61,873 nucleotides of DNA, filler included, from Candidatus Limnocylindrales bacterium (GCA_035559535.1; 4 parts of 3 records of this genome joined end to end with filler, not necessarily neighbours in it); one strand, 5' to 3'. Counted from the whole stretch's first letter, positions 19,405-31,168 are shown. A program made the numbers and translations. Notes: a model not told the origin generated them from the sequence alone.

Positions 19405-22400
19405 CTACTCCCAAGATTCAAAAACCTCTGCCAGGTCTTCCAGTTTCTGAAGCACCTTTTCTCGTTTCTTCTCAAAAAAACCCGCTAAAAGTAGAATGAG
19501 AAGACCCGTCAGGAGAATACAAAGCCACTTAAAGAGAGAACTTTGGTAGCTCTGGATCACAACTTGAGCCAGGAGATCCATGACCAGGAAGATCGTGCCC
19601 AGATACAGAAAAACCCGAATACGTAAAGCCATACCTATCCCAATGCCCAGGAAACTCAGTACGGCTAAGCTTAAAGCGTGGGCATCACTACCACTGGTTA
19701 CAACGGACCAGGCCGGTGAGGCATAAATAATCAGGGAGCCGAAAGAGCGAAGGTGCGAAAGATTTTCCCGACCCAGTGAATCCCTATGGATCTGCGCAAT
19801 GAAAAGGATGGTCAATCCGATGGGAATAAAATAAAATTGGAGATCGGAGAGCTGAAGATCAGTCCAGAGTAGAAACATGGCTCCATCGTAAAGAATCGCA
19901 GCCAGATAAGCGAATTCTCTATTCTTTTTCTGGAAAGCAAGCAAGGCATAGTAGGAAGCTGCACAGGCGATGATAAAGGGATTCACGCCGGTAATTTGAT
20001 CATAAAAGCTCTCTTCAGAAAAGGAATGCCAAACGGCTAAAGCCACCGATAGACCCGGCAGAATCACAGAAGTAACATAAGTGGGCCGTTGAAAGATTCT
20101 AAATCGATACTGTTGGGTTTTTATAGTCACCCACAACAGAAAGAAACTTAAACCGATCAGCATGACTTTACCCCAGAAAAGGGTTTGAATCACCTGGATG
20201 ACCTTTAGATACTCGTAAAGACCCAGCAGGGTGAGTTCCCCTAAATAAACGATCCATTCTTGTTGGAAAAGGTAGGCTAACCAGAAATGAAGGACGGCTA
20301 TAGAACCCAGGATAACGACCCCCAGAATCAGATCGAAAAGAGCCTTCTCCGGAGAAAGGGTGGACAGTCCCACGCAGAGACCGGCCGCAAGAGAGAGAAA
20401 TAAGGAGACCCCATAGAAGAATCCGGGGGTCCACCCCAAGGTCTTAAACTTCTCCATACTTTTACCCAGATGCAGCCAGAAATAAGATAACATAAGGGAT
20501 AAAAATCCCAGGGGAACCAGAACAGGAAGTAGCTCATTCAATGATATCTGATCAAGGGTATGAATTTGCGGGGTCATCCAGGTTATCAGCAAGTAATAAA
20601 AGCTTAGAGTGAATTCCAGGGTAGCCGTGTAGATCCAGCCCTTTTGATTAACCTGTATTCCCCACAAGAGATGGAGGACTCCGGTTAGAAGGAGGAGAAG
20701 TACCGAGGTAAGATGAAAGGTCCACAGACTCCCTAACAGGGCTACCAGGGATAAAAAAACAGAAAATTCAAAAAAAGGTGACAGGATCCACCCAGGAATC
20801 TCGGACCCCTCCTTCTCCGGAAGGGAGAAAAGGGGGGAAAGAAAAAGATGACCTACCTGCGCCCTATCCCTATAGGATAAGGCCCGGTGAACTCCCAGCC
20901 AAATAAAGGCAATTAAGAGAAGGGTACCTCCATGGACCCTGGTCAGCACTTCCGGAGTCCCCTCCCATAAGGAAACGGCCCATAGAGGAAGTAAAGTAAA
21001 AGCCCATAGGGACAGATACAGAAGAGCAAGCGAAGGTAAAAGAAGAAGATAAACAAGATAAGCAATACCCAGCAACCCGGTGGCAAATAGCTGTGCTCCC
21101 CAGGAAAACATGTTCATAGGGGCAGATAAAAAGAGAGCCCTCACCGTCCAGAAGGTCTGCACGATTAATAAAATCAACATTAAGCCGAGAGAAATATGAT
21201 AAAAAGGCTTATAGGGAAACGAGAAGGCAGAAGAACGGGAAATTGAGAGAAGAGAGATGGAAAGTTCCCTGGGTGCGCCTTCAACTCCCCACCTATGGGC
21301 CCATATGCCCACAAAACCCCAGAAATAAGCCAGCAGGGTTAGCAGGAGAAAATGGAATTCAACGGGCCATCGATCTATCCAACCCAGGTAAATACCTGTT
21401 GAAAAAATCAGTACGGCCGGATAGAATAAAACCCCTTTTTGGAAGAAAACGGCCATGAGCAGAAAAGAGAAACCTATAGAAAAGGCGGTTATAAGGTGGT
21501 TATTCATCAGAGAAGGAGGAACTTCAAATCCTGGACCCTGCAGAGATCTAACTCCGAAGATCTGATTTATATAGAGGAAGGTTGCATAACCAGTCAGAAC
21601 GAGCAAAGTATTAAAGAGAGGACGTAGAGAGTCTGGATACCCCTCAGGTTTCTTCAAAAGGAGATTTAACTTACCCAGTCCGTACCCGATGATCATCCAG
21701 CTTATGCTCAGAACTGAAAATTCCAGAGCCCGGTAGCTTACGGGAAGTTTATGAATCCCCCCCAAATAAGCGGCCAGATTTGCTGCCCCTATGGCGAGGT
21801 ACCACCAAAGAGAATTCTTAAATTGAAGAGCCGCAAAGACATAAAGTAAGGCAACTCCCAGTAAAGCGAGAACGGATAGAAAAGACTCCTCTCCCCAGGT
21901 AATGGATAAGGCAATGGTAAGGGGAGATAAAACCAGGGCCGAGTAATCGAGGACCAAGATTATTTGAGAAATAAAAGAATCTAAGGAACGTGGATTGGTT
22001 TTTGAGGCATCGGTCCCGAGTCTGGAAACAGGCTGAAAGATATGGGGCAACAACTCACCCATACCCCAAAAAATAAGGCTATAGAAAGATAAAAACAAGC
22101 TGAGTAGAACGGGCGGGACCTGTAAAACAAAAAAAGTAGAAAAGAAGGATAGGATCAGACACAGGGAAGAGATATAGAGAAAGAAAGGACTTCTCAAACT
22201 ATAAGAGACCTGTCCATATAGAATGGATAGAAGAAACGCAGTTACCGCAAGCTGGGATGAAGCCAGGGATGAAGAAGGGGCCGAATTCACCAACTGAAAA
22301 GTGCTGGAGATCTGAAAGAAGAGGGCTAACAGCGAAGTAGTCACGGCCATGACAGGAAAAGGATCGATCTGGGAAAGTTTAGAGAGGACCATCTCAAGGC

Positions 22401-23676
22401 CTTGAACTGGGTTGGACTGATCCTCTGGAATACCGGCAGAAGAAATAGAAGACGACAGGCTGTTCCGAAAGAAAAATCCCATAACCAACCAGATCAACCC
22501 CAGCAGAGCAAAGGTCATTCCCCGATAAGGAAGAGATATGGGGAGGAGTTCTGAAAGGGACAGAACCCAAAGAATTACACAGAAAAGGGAAAGACAAATG
22601 AGAGATCTCTGGTTAAAGAGATAACTTGCCACTCCATAGAGTAAGGCATATAGGATCGAAACCATAACCACGGCCTTCAGTTCAAAACAAGAAATTAGGA
22701 TCAATACCACCGAAAGGGGAGTTCCTACCTGGTAGAAACAGTCAGCGAGTCTTTCTTCCCCCCTTTGACTCAACCACCGGGCTATTCCGATAAGGATAAT
22801 ATTAAAAGGAATGAAGGTTAGACCGTAGAAAGGATAAGGGAGTCGTTGGTATCCTAACTGAACGGCTGCGGTATCTCTCACCTTGAGGGCTATTTCCTGA
22901 AAGAAAATCGGTGAATAGAAGTAAGCGATACCCAACGAAAGGATAGTTAAGTAAGCAAAAAGTTTTCGTTTATATTGAAAAGCCGATACCCCATAAAGCT
23001 CCAACCCGATTAAGGCCGTAAAGAAGAGAGCATAGGGATTCTGGAGGGCAAAGATATAGGCTATAAATGAAAGTCCATAGCCGATCAGATAAGGAATAAG
23101 TGTCGTGATAGGCGGAGGTTCTTCAGGACCATGGCTTTGTCGGAAAATTCTTAACAAACCGTGGGCCGTTTGTATAAAGGGAATACCCACCATCATTAAG
23201 ATCAATCCAGACCAGGAAAAGGGAATTTCTAGAGTCATCAGAAGTACCAGAACGTAAACATACAAAACGATGGCAACAACGAAAAAGGTATAACGTTTCT
23301 GGAAAAGGACCGATTCTTTTAAGTAAAATCCAATAGCATTATGAATTCCTATAAAAGCTATTAGCCAAAGCAAAAAGGCTACAAAAACGCTTGCGGGAGG
23401 ATGTTGTAAGTGCAGGGTTGGAAGGAGGATATTCGCCACGGATAGGAACAGAAAGACCAAAAGATGATAGGGATGAATCCGATTTAAGAGTTCTTTAAGG
23501 GTTAGATGAGAAAGAAGAGCCGGTATTCCGGCCCCTAGGATAAAAATCAAGATACCCTTTAACTCGTTCAACAGCCTCAAGCGCTCCAGGTAAATAAAAT
23601 TAAGAGGAAGTAAGAAGGCTGTAACCGTGAGAAGGATTTGGCCTGTTTTCTCCAATTCCAGTTTTCGGATAGCCAG
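19405..23676 (-). CDS. Very large polytopic membrane protein (DUF2157-like), 5'-truncated by the assembly gap
   Basis: More than 1400 codons of nearly continuous TM helices; LLPLNF near the start and FE.KRE at the C-terminus; frame open up to the gap. Confidence 0.75.
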   Translation of the reverse strand: MAIRKLELEKTGQILLTVTAFLLPLNFIYLERLRLLNELKGILIFILGAGIPALLSHLTLKELLNRIHPYHLLVFLFLSVANILLPTLHLQHPPASVFVAFLLWLIAFIGIHNAIGFYLKESVLFQKRYTFFVVAIVLYVYVLVLLMTLEIPFSWSGLILMMVGIPFIQTAHGLLRIFRQSHGPEEPPPITTLIPYLIGYGLSFIAYIFALQNPYALFFTALIGLELYGVSAFQYKRKLFAYLTILSLGIAYFYSPIFFQEIALKVRDTAAVQLGYQRLPYPFYGLTFIPFNIILIGIARWLSQRGEERLADCFYQVGTPLSVVLILISCFELKAVVMVSILYALLYGVASYLFNQRSLICLSLFCVILWVLSLSELLPISLPYRGMTFALLGLIWLVMGFFFRNSLSSSISSAGIPEDQSNPVQGLEMVLSKLSQIDPFPVMAVTTSLLALFFQISSTFQLVNSAPSSSLASSQLAVTAFLLSILYGQVSYSLRSPFFLYISSLCLILSFFSTFFVLQVPPVLLSLFLSFYSLIFWGMGELLPHIFQPVSRLGTDASKTNPRSLDSFISQIILVLDYSALVLSPLTIALSITWGEESFLSVLALLGVALLYVFAALQFKNSLWWYLAIGAANLAAYLGGIHKLPVSYRALEFSVLSISWMIIGYGLGKLNLLLKKPEGYPDSLRPLFNTLLVLTGYATFLYINQIFGVRSLQGPGFEVPPSLMNNHLITAFSIGFSFLLMAVFFQKGVLFYPAVLIFSTGIYLGWIDRWPVEFHFLLLTLLAYFWGFVGIWAHRWGVEGAPRELSISLLSISRSSAFSFPYKPFYHISLGLMLILLIVQTFWTVRALFLSAPMNMFSWGAQLFATGLLGIAYLVYLLLLPSLALLYLSLWAFTLLPLWAVSLWEGTPEVLTRVHGGTLLLIAFIWLGVHRALSYRDRAQVGHLFLSPLFSLPEKEGSEIPGWILSPFFEFSVFLSLVALLGSLWTFHLTSVLLLLLTGVLHLLWGIQVNQKGWIYTATLEFTLSFYYLLITWMTPQIHTLDQISLNELLPVLVPLGFLSLMLSYFWLHLGKSMEKFKTLGWTPGFFYGVSLFLSLAAGLCVGLSTLSPEKALFDLILGVVILGSIAVLHFWLAYLFQQEWIVYLGELTLLGLYEYLKVIQVIQTLFWGKVMLIGLSFFLLWVTIKTQQYRFRIFQRPTYVTSVILPGLSVALAVWHSFSEESFYDQITGVNPFIIACAASYYALLAFQKKNREFAYLAAILYDGAMFLLWTDLQLSDLQFYFIPIGLTILFIAQIHRDSLGRENLSHLRSFGSLIIYASPAWSVVTSGSDAHALSLAVLSFLGIGIGMALRIRVFLYLGTIFLVMDLLAQVVIQSYQSSLFKWLCILLTGLLILLLAGFFEKKREKVLQKLEDLAEVFESWE

Positions 23677-23776
23677 NNNNNNNNNNNNNNNNNNNNNNNN
23701 NNNNNNNNNNNNNNNNNNNNTTAATTAATTAANNNNNNNNNNNNNNNNNNNNNNNNNNNNNNNNNNNNNNNNNNNN
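23677..23776. other. Artificial contig linker
   Basis: N44-TTAATTAATTAA-N44, with stops in all six frames. Confidence 0.97.
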
Positions 23777-24016
23777 ATTCTGGAAGCCGGTAAGAAAGGC
23801 CTTAATGTTCAGAGATATAAAGGATTAGGAGAAATGAATCCAGAACAATTGTGGGAGACAACCATGAATCCAGAGGCCAGAAGCCTGCTCCAGGTTACCA
23901 TCGAAGACGTAGTGGAAGCCGATGAAATCTTTACCATCCTCATGGGGGATCAGGTAGAGCCTCGACGGCAATTTATTGAGAAATACGCTTCAGAAGTCAA
24001 AAATTTAGATATTTAA
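23777..24016 (+). CDS. gyrB: DNA gyrase subunit B, C-terminal fragment
   Basis: [19 protein letters not shown]...LMGD.VEPRR.FI...NLDI. Confidence 0.95.
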   Translation: MLEAGKKGLNVQRYKGLGEMNPEQLWETTMNPEARSLLQVTIEDVVEADEIFTILMGDQVEPRRQFIEKYASEVKNLDI

Positions 24017-24082
24017 CGGTGAGGCGATGAGGGGGTGAGGTGGTGTCTCACAACCCCACAACCCCATAACCTCCCAGAAAAC

Positions 24083-26542
24083 ATGGCCCTTCAAGCTCAG
24101 ACCGTACCCATCAGCATCAAAGAGGAGATGCGAACCTCTTATCTGGATTATGCCATGAGCGTCATCATCAGCCGGGCTTTGCCGGATGTTCGAGATGGGC
24201 TTAAGCCGGTTCACCGGCGCATTCTCTATACCATGTATGAAATGGGACTCCACTGGAACCGGCCTTACAAGAAATCGGCCCGGGTCGTCGGTGAGGTAAT
24301 GGGAAAATACCACCCCCATGGGGATGCTCCTATCTATGAAGCCATAGTTCGAATGGCCCAGGACTTCTCCATGCGATACCCTTTGGTGGATGGGCAGGGG
24401 AATTTCGGTAGCCTGGATGGAGACCCCCCGGCAGCTATGAGATACACAGAGTGCCGTCTGGCGAAAATCACCGAAGAGATGCTGGCAGATATCGATAAAA
24501 ACACGGTGGATTTTAACCCAAACTATGATGAGTCTCTCACCGAACCGGCCCTTATTCCCTCCAAACTTCCTAATCTGATCGTTAACGGCTCTTCTGGAAT
24601 TGCCGTAGGTATGGCTACCAATATTCCCCCTCATAATCTAACCGAAACCATCGACGCACTCACAGCCCTCATTGAAAACCCGGACCTGGATGTGGAAGAA
24701 TTGTGTAAAATCATTCAAGGCCCTGATTTTCCTACCGGCGGCGTTATCTATGGACGAAAAGGGATTTATGAAGCTTACGCTACGGGGCGAGGTAAAATCC
24801 AGGTAAGGGCTAAAGCTTATATTGAGCGGGAAAGAACGGGTAAAGAAAATATCATCATTACCGAGATTCCTTATCAGGTGAATAAAGCCAAACTCATCGA
24901 AAAAATCGCTGAACTCGTTCGATTAAAAAAAATCGATGGAATCTCCGACATCCGGGATGAATCCGACCGGAATGGGGTTCGGGTGGTCGTTGAGTTAAAA
25001 CGGGGTGAGGTCGCTGCGGTGATTTTAAACCAGCTGTTTAAGCATACCCAGATGCAAATTACCTTTGGGGTGATTATGCTGGCTCTGGTTAATAATCAAC
25101 CCCGTATCTTGAATCTCAAAGAGATTCTGGAAGCCTTCATCGAGCATCGGCGAGAAGTCATCCTTCGTCGCACCCGATACGAGCTGGAGAAAGCTGAAGA
25201 GAGGGCTCATATCCTGGAGGGCCTCAGAATTGCTCTGGATCATCTGGATGCCGTTATCACCCTGATTCGATCTTCCCGGACTGTGGAAGATGCTAAAAAT
25301 AGCCTTATAAATAGATTCCAGCTTACTGAAACACAGGCCGGAGCCATTCTGGAGATGCGGCTCCAAAGACTCACCGGGCTTGAGCGAAAGAAGATTAATG
25401 AGGAATACGAAGAAGTGATTAAGGAAATTGAAAGACTCCGGGCAATCCTGGGAAGCCCGGCTTTGGTCATGAGCGTGATCAAAAAGGAGCTCAAGGAGCT
25501 CAAAGAAGCTTATGGAGATGACCGACGGACAGAGATTATAGAAGAAGAAGCCGAGATCGACCTGGAAGATATGATCGCCGAGGAAGACATGGTGGTTCTT
25601 ATTACCCGGGATGGGTATATCAAACGAAGCCCTTTAACCCTTTATCGTAGTCAGAAACGCCGGGGGAAAGGTGTCGTCGGAATTGTAGCCAAAGAAGAAG
25701 ACCTGGTCGAACATTTATTTATTGCCTCTACCCATGACAATATCCTGGTGTTTTCCGATAAGGGTAAAGTATACTGGTTGAAAGTTCATGAAATCCCGGA
25801 AGCCGGACGACAGGCTAAGGGGAAGGCAATTGTTAATATGATCCAGATGGCTTCTGATGAGAAGGTCGCAACGATCCTTGCCGTAAAGGAATTTAGAGAG
25901 GATAGATATGTCATTCAGGTTACCAAGAAAGGAATTATTAAAAAAACCCCTCTTTCTGCTTACAGTAATCCCCGAGCAGCCGGAATCATCGCTTTGATAA
26001 TCGACGAGGGCGATGAACTGGTCGCCGTAAGATTGACCGACGGAAATCAGGATATTTTTCTAGGCACTAAGAAGGGAATCGCCATCCGTTTTAACGAACG
26101 GGAAGTACGGACTGTAGGAAGAGTGGCCCGTGGGGTCATCGGTATTAATCTGGATGAAGGAGATGCCGTGGTTGGGATGGAGATTGTAAAGGATGGTTTT
26201 ACCATGCTGGTTGTATCGGAGAAGGGATGTGGAAAACGAACGGAAGTTTCTGAATATCGCGTCCAGGGAAGAGGAGGAAGAGGTATCATTAATATGAAAT
26301 GTACTCCTAAAACAGGGGACGTAGTAGGAATTTTACAGGTAGCCCAAGATGACGAAGTGGTAATGATTACTCAATCCGGTAAGATTATCCGGTTAAGTGT
26401 AAGCAACATCCGGGTCGTCGGTCGGAATACCCAGGGTGTAACCCTACAATCCCTGGAAGGGGAGGATAAAGTGGTGGCTATTGCCAGGGTGGTAGAAAAA
26501 GATCAACTTCCTTCTTCTGAAGAGGAACCTGCACAATCCTAG
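24083..26542 (+). CDS. gyrA: DNA gyrase subunit A
   Basis: [30 protein letters not shown]-terminal pinwheel with GyrA-box-like QKRRGKG; ATG at 24083 preferred. Confidence 0.97.
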   Translation: MALQAQTVPISIKEEMRTSYLDYAMSVIISRALPDVRDGLKPVHRRILYTMYEMGLHWNRPYKKSARVVGEVMGKYHPHGDAPIYEAIVRMAQDFSMRYPLVDGQGNFGSLDGDPPAAMRYTECRLAKITEEMLADIDKNTVDFNPNYDESLTEPALIPSKLPNLIVNGSSGIAVGMATNIPPHNLTETIDALTALIENPDLDVEELCKIIQGPDFPTGGVIYGRKGIYEAYATGRGKIQVRAKAYIERERTGKENIIITEIPYQVNKAKLIEKIAELVRLKKIDGISDIRDESDRNGVRVVVELKRGEVAAVILNQLFKHTQMQITFGVIMLALVNNQPRILNLKEILEAFIEHRREVILRRTRYELEKAEERAHILEGLRIALDHLDAVITLIRSSRTVEDAKNSLINRFQLTETQAGAILEMRLQRLTGLERKKINEEYEEVIKEIERLRAILGSPALVMSVIKKELKELKEAYGDDRRTEIIEEEAEIDLEDMIAEEDMVVLITRDGYIKRSPLTLYRSQKRRGKGVVGIVAKEEDLVEHLFIASTHDNILVFSDKGKVYWLKVHEIPEAGRQAKGKAIVNMIQMASDEKVATILAVKEFREDRYVIQVTKKGIIKKTPLSAYSNPRAAGIIALIIDEGDELVAVRLTDGNQDIFLGTKKGIAIRFNEREVRTVGRVARGVIGINLDEGDAVVGMEIVKDGFTMLVVSEKGCGKRTEVSEYRVQGRGGRGIINMKCTPKTGDVVGILQVAQDDEVVMITQSGKIIRLSVSNIRVVGRNTQGVTLQSLEGEDKVVAIARVVEKDQLPSSEEEPAQS

Positions 26543-26834
26543 ATGCAACTCCGCCAGGAGACCGAGGATGAAAATACGACTCTCTAAAACGCAGGGATGG
26601 GGGAATATGATAGAGAGATGCAGGGAATAGTCCGGGGATCCTATGCCGTAAACCCCGCGTCCTTGTATTTTTTGGTGGAACCATAACATGACCCGTAAGG
26701 GTCATCCCTATATAACCTACCTGCTAAAGGATGGCTCCCTGGGATGATCATCGGATCTCTTCAGACAACCTTTTCATGGGGAATGGGTAAAGACAAACTA
26801 TCCAGACTTAAATAATGAAAATTTTTTATCGGAG

Positions 26835-27608
26835 GTGAAAATGGAAGGGATTGATAAAGAAGTTTTGAAAGATATCCAGTCTCATGAGATAGACGAAAAA
26901 AAGATGCCGTTTACGGCCCACCTGGCGGAATTAAGGATGCGTCTCATCTGGATTTGTCTGAGTTTGGGGATTTGTTTCGCTGTTGTATATCCCAACTCTG
27001 AAAGGCTCCTTCTATTTCTTCAAAGGCCCCTGGGGCAGAAGCTTATAATGATTTCTCCTACCGAGAGTTTTATGGTTTATCTAAAACTCTCTTTTTTTGG
27101 AGCCCTCATTTTATCCGTACCCATGATCCTTTATCAACTCTGGGCTTTCGTTGCACCTGGTTTATATCCCAGTGAAAAAAGATTAGCCCTTCCCTTTGTT
27201 ATTTTTACCACCTTTTGTTTTGCTTTAGGAGCAGTCTTCGCCTATGAACTTGCTCTCCCGATTGGTTTAAAGTTTCTATTAAAATTTGGAGGGGATCTGG
27301 TAACACCGATGATCTCTGTAGCCAACTATGTCTCTTTTGTGGGAATGCTCCTGCTGGCTTTCGGTTTTGTCTTTGAATTCCCGGTTCTTATCGTCCTTTT
27401 TGTTAAGTTAGGACTGGTAACTTCGGCATTCCTTAGGAAAAATAGAAAATACGTTATCCTGGGTATTTTCATTATTGCCGCCGTACTAACCCCGGGACCC
27501 GATGTCTTTTCGCAGTTTTTAATGGCTCTACCTTTGTGGTTTTTATATGAAATATCTCTTCTGATTGCTATCTTTTTTGAAAGAAGTAAGAGAAAGGATG
27601 AGTTATGA
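26835..27608 (+). CDS. tatC: Twin-arginine translocase subunit TatC
   Basis: HLAELR.RL, F.APGLY..EK, FEFP, TPGPD, LYEIS. Confidence 0.95.
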   Translation: MKMEGIDKEVLKDIQSHEIDEKKMPFTAHLAELRMRLIWICLSLGICFAVVYPNSERLLLFLQRPLGQKLIMISPTESFMVYLKLSFFGALILSVPMILYQLWAFVAPGLYPSEKRLALPFVIFTTFCFALGAVFAYELALPIGLKFLLKFGGDLVTPMISVANYVSFVGMLLLAFGFVFEFPVLIVLFVKLGLVTSAFLRKNRKYVILGIFIIAAVLTPGPDVFSQFLMALPLWFLYEISLLIAIFFERSKRKDEL

Positions 27609-27646
27609 AGGATGAAGGATGAATTTTACTTTTCATCCTTCATCAA

Positions 27647-27862
27647 CTAACCTTTAGTCTTTGCCTCTTTACCGTATTTCTTTTGGAATCTCTCCACACG
27701 ACCTGCTGTGTCTACCAGTTTTTGTTTTCCGGTATAATAAGGATGGCAATTAGAGCAGATTTCCACGTGGATGTTTTCCTTGGTTGAGCGCGTTTCAATC
27801 ACATTACCACAGGCGCAGACGATGGTGGCAGGAACATATTTAGGGTGAATATTCTTTTTCAT
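27647..27862 (-). CDS. rpmE: 50S ribosomal protein L31 (Zn-binding type)
   Basis: [32 protein letters not shown]; start trimmed to 27862. Confidence 0.97.
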   Translation of the reverse strand: MKKNIHPKYVPATIVCACGNVIETRSTKENIHVEICSNCHPYYTGKQKLVDTAGRVERFQKKYGKEAKTKG

Positions 27863-27933
27863 GGCTGGTGAATCGTCCATTGTTGGTTGTTTGTTATTTC
27901 TAACAGACAACAGGCAACAAGCAACGAGCAAAA

Positions 27934-29229
27934 TTATTTACTGGTACTTGTCATCATTAAATCTAAAAAGTCTCGATTGGTTTTAGTAGCTTTCAGCTTT
28001 TCCAGAAGGAGTTCCATAGCTTCCACGACATTGAGGGAATGGAGAACCTTATGAAGGATCCAAATCTTATTCAAATCATTGGGATCTAAGAGAAGCTCAT
28101 CTTTCCGGGTTCCGGATTTATTAATATCAATGGCCGGAAACACCCGTTTCTCCACTAATTTCCTATCCAGATGAAGCTCCATATTTCCGGTTCCTTTAAA
28201 TTCCTCGAAAATAACATCATCCATTCTGCTTCCGGTATCAATAAGGGCCGTAGCAATAATCGTTAAGCTTCCTCCTTCTTCGATGTTTCTGGCTGCACCA
28301 AAAAATCGTTTAGGTTTCTGGAGAGCGTTGGCATCCAATCCTCCGGTTAATACTTTGCCACTGGGTGGGGTTACCGTATTATAAGCCCGGGCCAGTCGGG
28401 TTATGCTATCTAATAAAATCACCACATCTCGCTTATGCTCTACCAGACGTTTGGCTTTTTGGATGACCATTTCAGCTACCTGGACATGGCGTTGAGCAGG
28501 TTCATCAAAGGTTGAACTGATCACTTCCCCATCCACAGAACGCTGCATATCTGTGACTTCTTCAGGTCGTTCGTCGATGAGAAGTACAATGAGAATAACC
28601 TCTGGATGATTAATGGCCAGAGCTCTGGCAATAGCCTGCAACAACATGGTTTTTCCCGTTCTGGGTGGAGCTACGATCAGCCCCCTCTGACCCTTTCCTA
28701 TAGGAGTAATAAGGTCCATAACCCGCGTGGAAAGATCGGCAGGATCATGTTCCAAGATTAATCGCTCAATGGGGTATAGAGGTGTTAAGTTATCAAATAA
28801 AATTTTATCCTTGGAAAGTTCCGGGTCTTCAAAGTTGATAGCTTCTACTTTTAGCAGAGCAAAATACCTTTCATTATCCTTGGGAGGACGAACCTGACCG
28901 GCTACAGTATCCCCGGTCTGGAGATTAAATTTCCGAATCTGAGAGGGGGAAATATAGATATCATCCGGGCTGGGAAGATAGTTATAATTGGGAGCTCTTA
29001 GAAAACCAAATCCATCCGGTAGCGTCTCTAAGACTCCTTCAGAGAAAATTAATCCATTCCGCTCTGTTTGAGCTTGAAGGATTTTGAAGATGAGTTCTTG
29101 TTTTCGTAAACCACTAATTCCGGTAATTTTAAACTCTTTGGCCAAGGCATTCAACTCGGCCATAGTTTTGTTTTGTAGATCAACGATGTTCAATGTGTTG
29201 TGATTGTTTGATTTAACTTGAACTGACAT
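27934..29229 (-). CDS. rho: Transcription termination factor Rho
   Basis: [47 protein letters not shown]. Confidence 0.98.
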   Translation of the reverse strand: MSVQVKSNNHNTLNIVDLQNKTMAELNALAKEFKITGISGLRKQELIFKILQAQTERNGLIFSEGVLETLPDGFGFLRAPNYNYLPSPDDIYISPSQIRKFNLQTGDTVAGQVRPPKDNERYFALLKVEAINFEDPELSKDKILFDNLTPLYPIERLILEHDPADLSTRVMDLITPIGKGQRGLIVAPPRTGKTMLLQAIARALAINHPEVILIVLLIDERPEEVTDMQRSVDGEVISSTFDEPAQRHVQVAEMVIQKAKRLVEHKRDVVILLDSITRLARAYNTVTPPSGKVLTGGLDANALQKPKRFFGAARNIEEGGSLTIIATALIDTGSRMDDVIFEEFKGTGNMELHLDRKLVEKRVFPAIDINKSGTRKDELLLDPNDLNKIWILHKVLHSLNVVEAMELLLEKLKATKTNRDFLDLMMTSTSK

Positions 29230-29689
29230 GAATATACCTCCTGACTATCCTTTCGACTTTTTGGGTTTAGTTGAGGAGAGCAGCATTAAGCTCGAACTAA
29301 ATCCCAAAAATTAGTGCTCACAAATCCTCACCTACACCAAATCCTACCATCCTTACTTGTTTTGGGGATTTCTTTTCCTGTTTAGCAAGGAGAGGCTTCG
29401 AACTGAGAGAGAAGAATAAACATCACTTGAGGCAAAACCTAGCGGACTTCTCACTATTCATTCAAGAACCGCTTTTTCAAAGAAAAAGGTTGTGATGTTA
29501 ACTGCTTTGGGTATTGTTTTTCTTGTATCTCCTGAAGTCACCTTCCAAAAAATATTTTCTAGCTAATTTATTCCCTTTATTTTTGGAGATACTTTCGACC
29601 GAAGTGAACCATTCTCAGAAATATTTATTAAGGTCGGGGTTTTTGAAGCATACCTAGAAGTGATTAATCGTCCTTGTAGTTCCTTTTTT

Positions 29690-29718
29690 AAAATAAAAAT
29701 TTGTAACACATTTGTCAA
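29690..29718 (-). promoter_or_regulatory. Candidate sigma70 promoter of rho, implying a ~450-nt leader
   Basis: TTGACA-17 nt-TATTTT on the minus strand. Confidence 0.5.
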
Positions 29719-29744
29719 GAAATTTTAAAATAACCGGTAGATAT

Positions 29745-30185
29745 TTAAGATTTCTCCTGATAACTTCGTAAAAGTCCTCTACCAGAGGTTTCAATGGCCA
29801 TATGGACATCCTCTTCAGCACAATCCATCATTTCAACAGTATAACTGACAGCTTTCTTAAAATCTCCATTACATAATTTATAATTATAACGAAATTCAGC
29901 AAGAATATTATCATAATATCTACTACTTCTTTGGAGATCTACTTTCTCATAAAATTCCTTCTCCGTTTCGGTAATGGTTCTTTTCAACGCTTCAATGGCT
30001 TCCTCTTTGGTCGATTTTCCATCTAAAATCAACTGGGCATACTTATAAATCGCCGATTGATAAAGACCACCGGATTTGTTAATCAAGGAGGGAATGTCCT
30101 TAATTTGAAAGGGTTTAATCTCACAGGCCGCAGCCAGTTCATCAATAACTTCCTGAAGCTGAACAAGATCTTGATCTATGTTCAT
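29745..30185 (-). CDS. Hypothetical protein (146 aa, probably helical)
   Basis: Isolated ORF with protein-like composition; no motif recognised. Confidence 0.65.
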   Translation of the reverse strand: MNIDQDLVQLQEVIDELAAACEIKPFQIKDIPSLINKSGGLYQSAIYKYAQLILDGKSTKEEAIEALKRTITETEKEFYEKVDLQRSSRYYDNILAEFRYNYKLCNGDFKKAVSYTVEMMDCAEEDVHMAIETSGRGLLRSYQEKS

Positions 30186-30565
30186 TTACGTAAGTTGTTC
30201 TTTAATCTGCGGATAAAAAATAAGGAGTGAAAAGGTCTCTCTAGCCGGGCGTTGGTCTCTACTTACCTGTGAATATTTATCAATAAAAGTAGATGCAAGT
30301 TGTTCATCTGTCAATCAAAATTTGAGTTAATCATGGAGAAGGGTATTTTTCCCTTGACAAAATAGCCTAGAATAATGTAACTATTATAGCTGGGCAGTTA
30401 TATTTCATACATAATTGAAATTAAGAACCTACAAGAAGTCCAGAATTTCTAAAGCTAAGCTCACACACAGAAGAAGCTATTCTGGGTAAATAGATTTATT
30501 TCAAATTATTCAAACCTGACTTAATCGAGAAAAATCACAAATTTCATAATAATTTTAATAAGGGC

Positions 30566-30594
30566 TTGAAGAAAATCCAGATAGGTAGTACTAT
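30566..30594 (+). promoter_or_regulatory. Candidate sigma70 promoter of the tRNA-tuf operon
   Basis: TTGAAG-17 nt-TACTAT with an AT-rich upstream region. Confidence 0.45.
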
Positions 30595-30710
30595 ACTCTG
30601 TACACTTTACTCATCTGAAATGCCAGATGAGGAGAAATTTTATAAGCATAAGCGAAGCCCAGAAAGTTAAGAGAATAAAGAATTATTTACTTTAAAAGAG
30701 GATGTGGTAT

Positions 30711-30783
30711 GCTGGCGTAGCTCAACAGGTAGAGCGGCTGATTTGTAATCAGCGGGTCGGGGGTTCAAATCCCTTCGCCAGCT
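30711..30783 (+). tRNA. tRNA-Thr(UGU)
   Basis: GCTGGCG/CGCCAGC acceptor stem, CTGAT-TTGTAA-TCAG anticodon arm, GGTTCAAATCC. Confidence 0.95.
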
Positions 30784-30809
30784 TTGTTTCATCCCTTGGT
30801 TTTATATAA

Positions 30810-30892
30810 GGGGAGATACCCAAGCGGCCAACGGGGGCAGACTGTAAATCTGCTGGTGTAATCCTTCGGAGGTTCGAATCCTCCTCTCCCCA
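30810..30892 (+). tRNA. tRNA-Tyr(GUA)
   Basis: GGGGAGA/TCTCCCC acceptor stem, GCAGA-CTGTAAA-TCTGC, long variable arm, GGTTCGAATCC. Confidence 0.95.
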
Positions 30893-31000
30893 TATCTCCT
30901 CAGAACCCAGAAGTCAAAGTAAAGAGCAATTAAGAGCGGATAGTTGCGGATAGTTAAAAAATTTCCCTTGTCAGCCTGGTTTCTGGGTTCTTGGACCAGG

Positions 31001-31077
31001 GCGGGAATAGCTCAGTTGGCTAGAGCGCCAGCCTTCCAAGCTGGGGGTCGCGGGTTCGAATCCCGTTTCCCGCTCCA
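31001..31077 (+). tRNA. tRNA-Gly(UCC), CCA encoded
   Basis: GCGGGAA/TTCCCGC, CCAGC-CTTCCAA-GCTGG, GGTTCGAATCC. Confidence 0.95.
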
Positions 31078-31095
31078 AATCTATCTTATAAGCCT

Positions 31096-31168
<73 letters not shown>

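Noticed and set aside
27759-27774. parS-like ATTTCCACGTGGATGT in rpmE
   Set aside because: Only the core matches; the flanks are not palindromic
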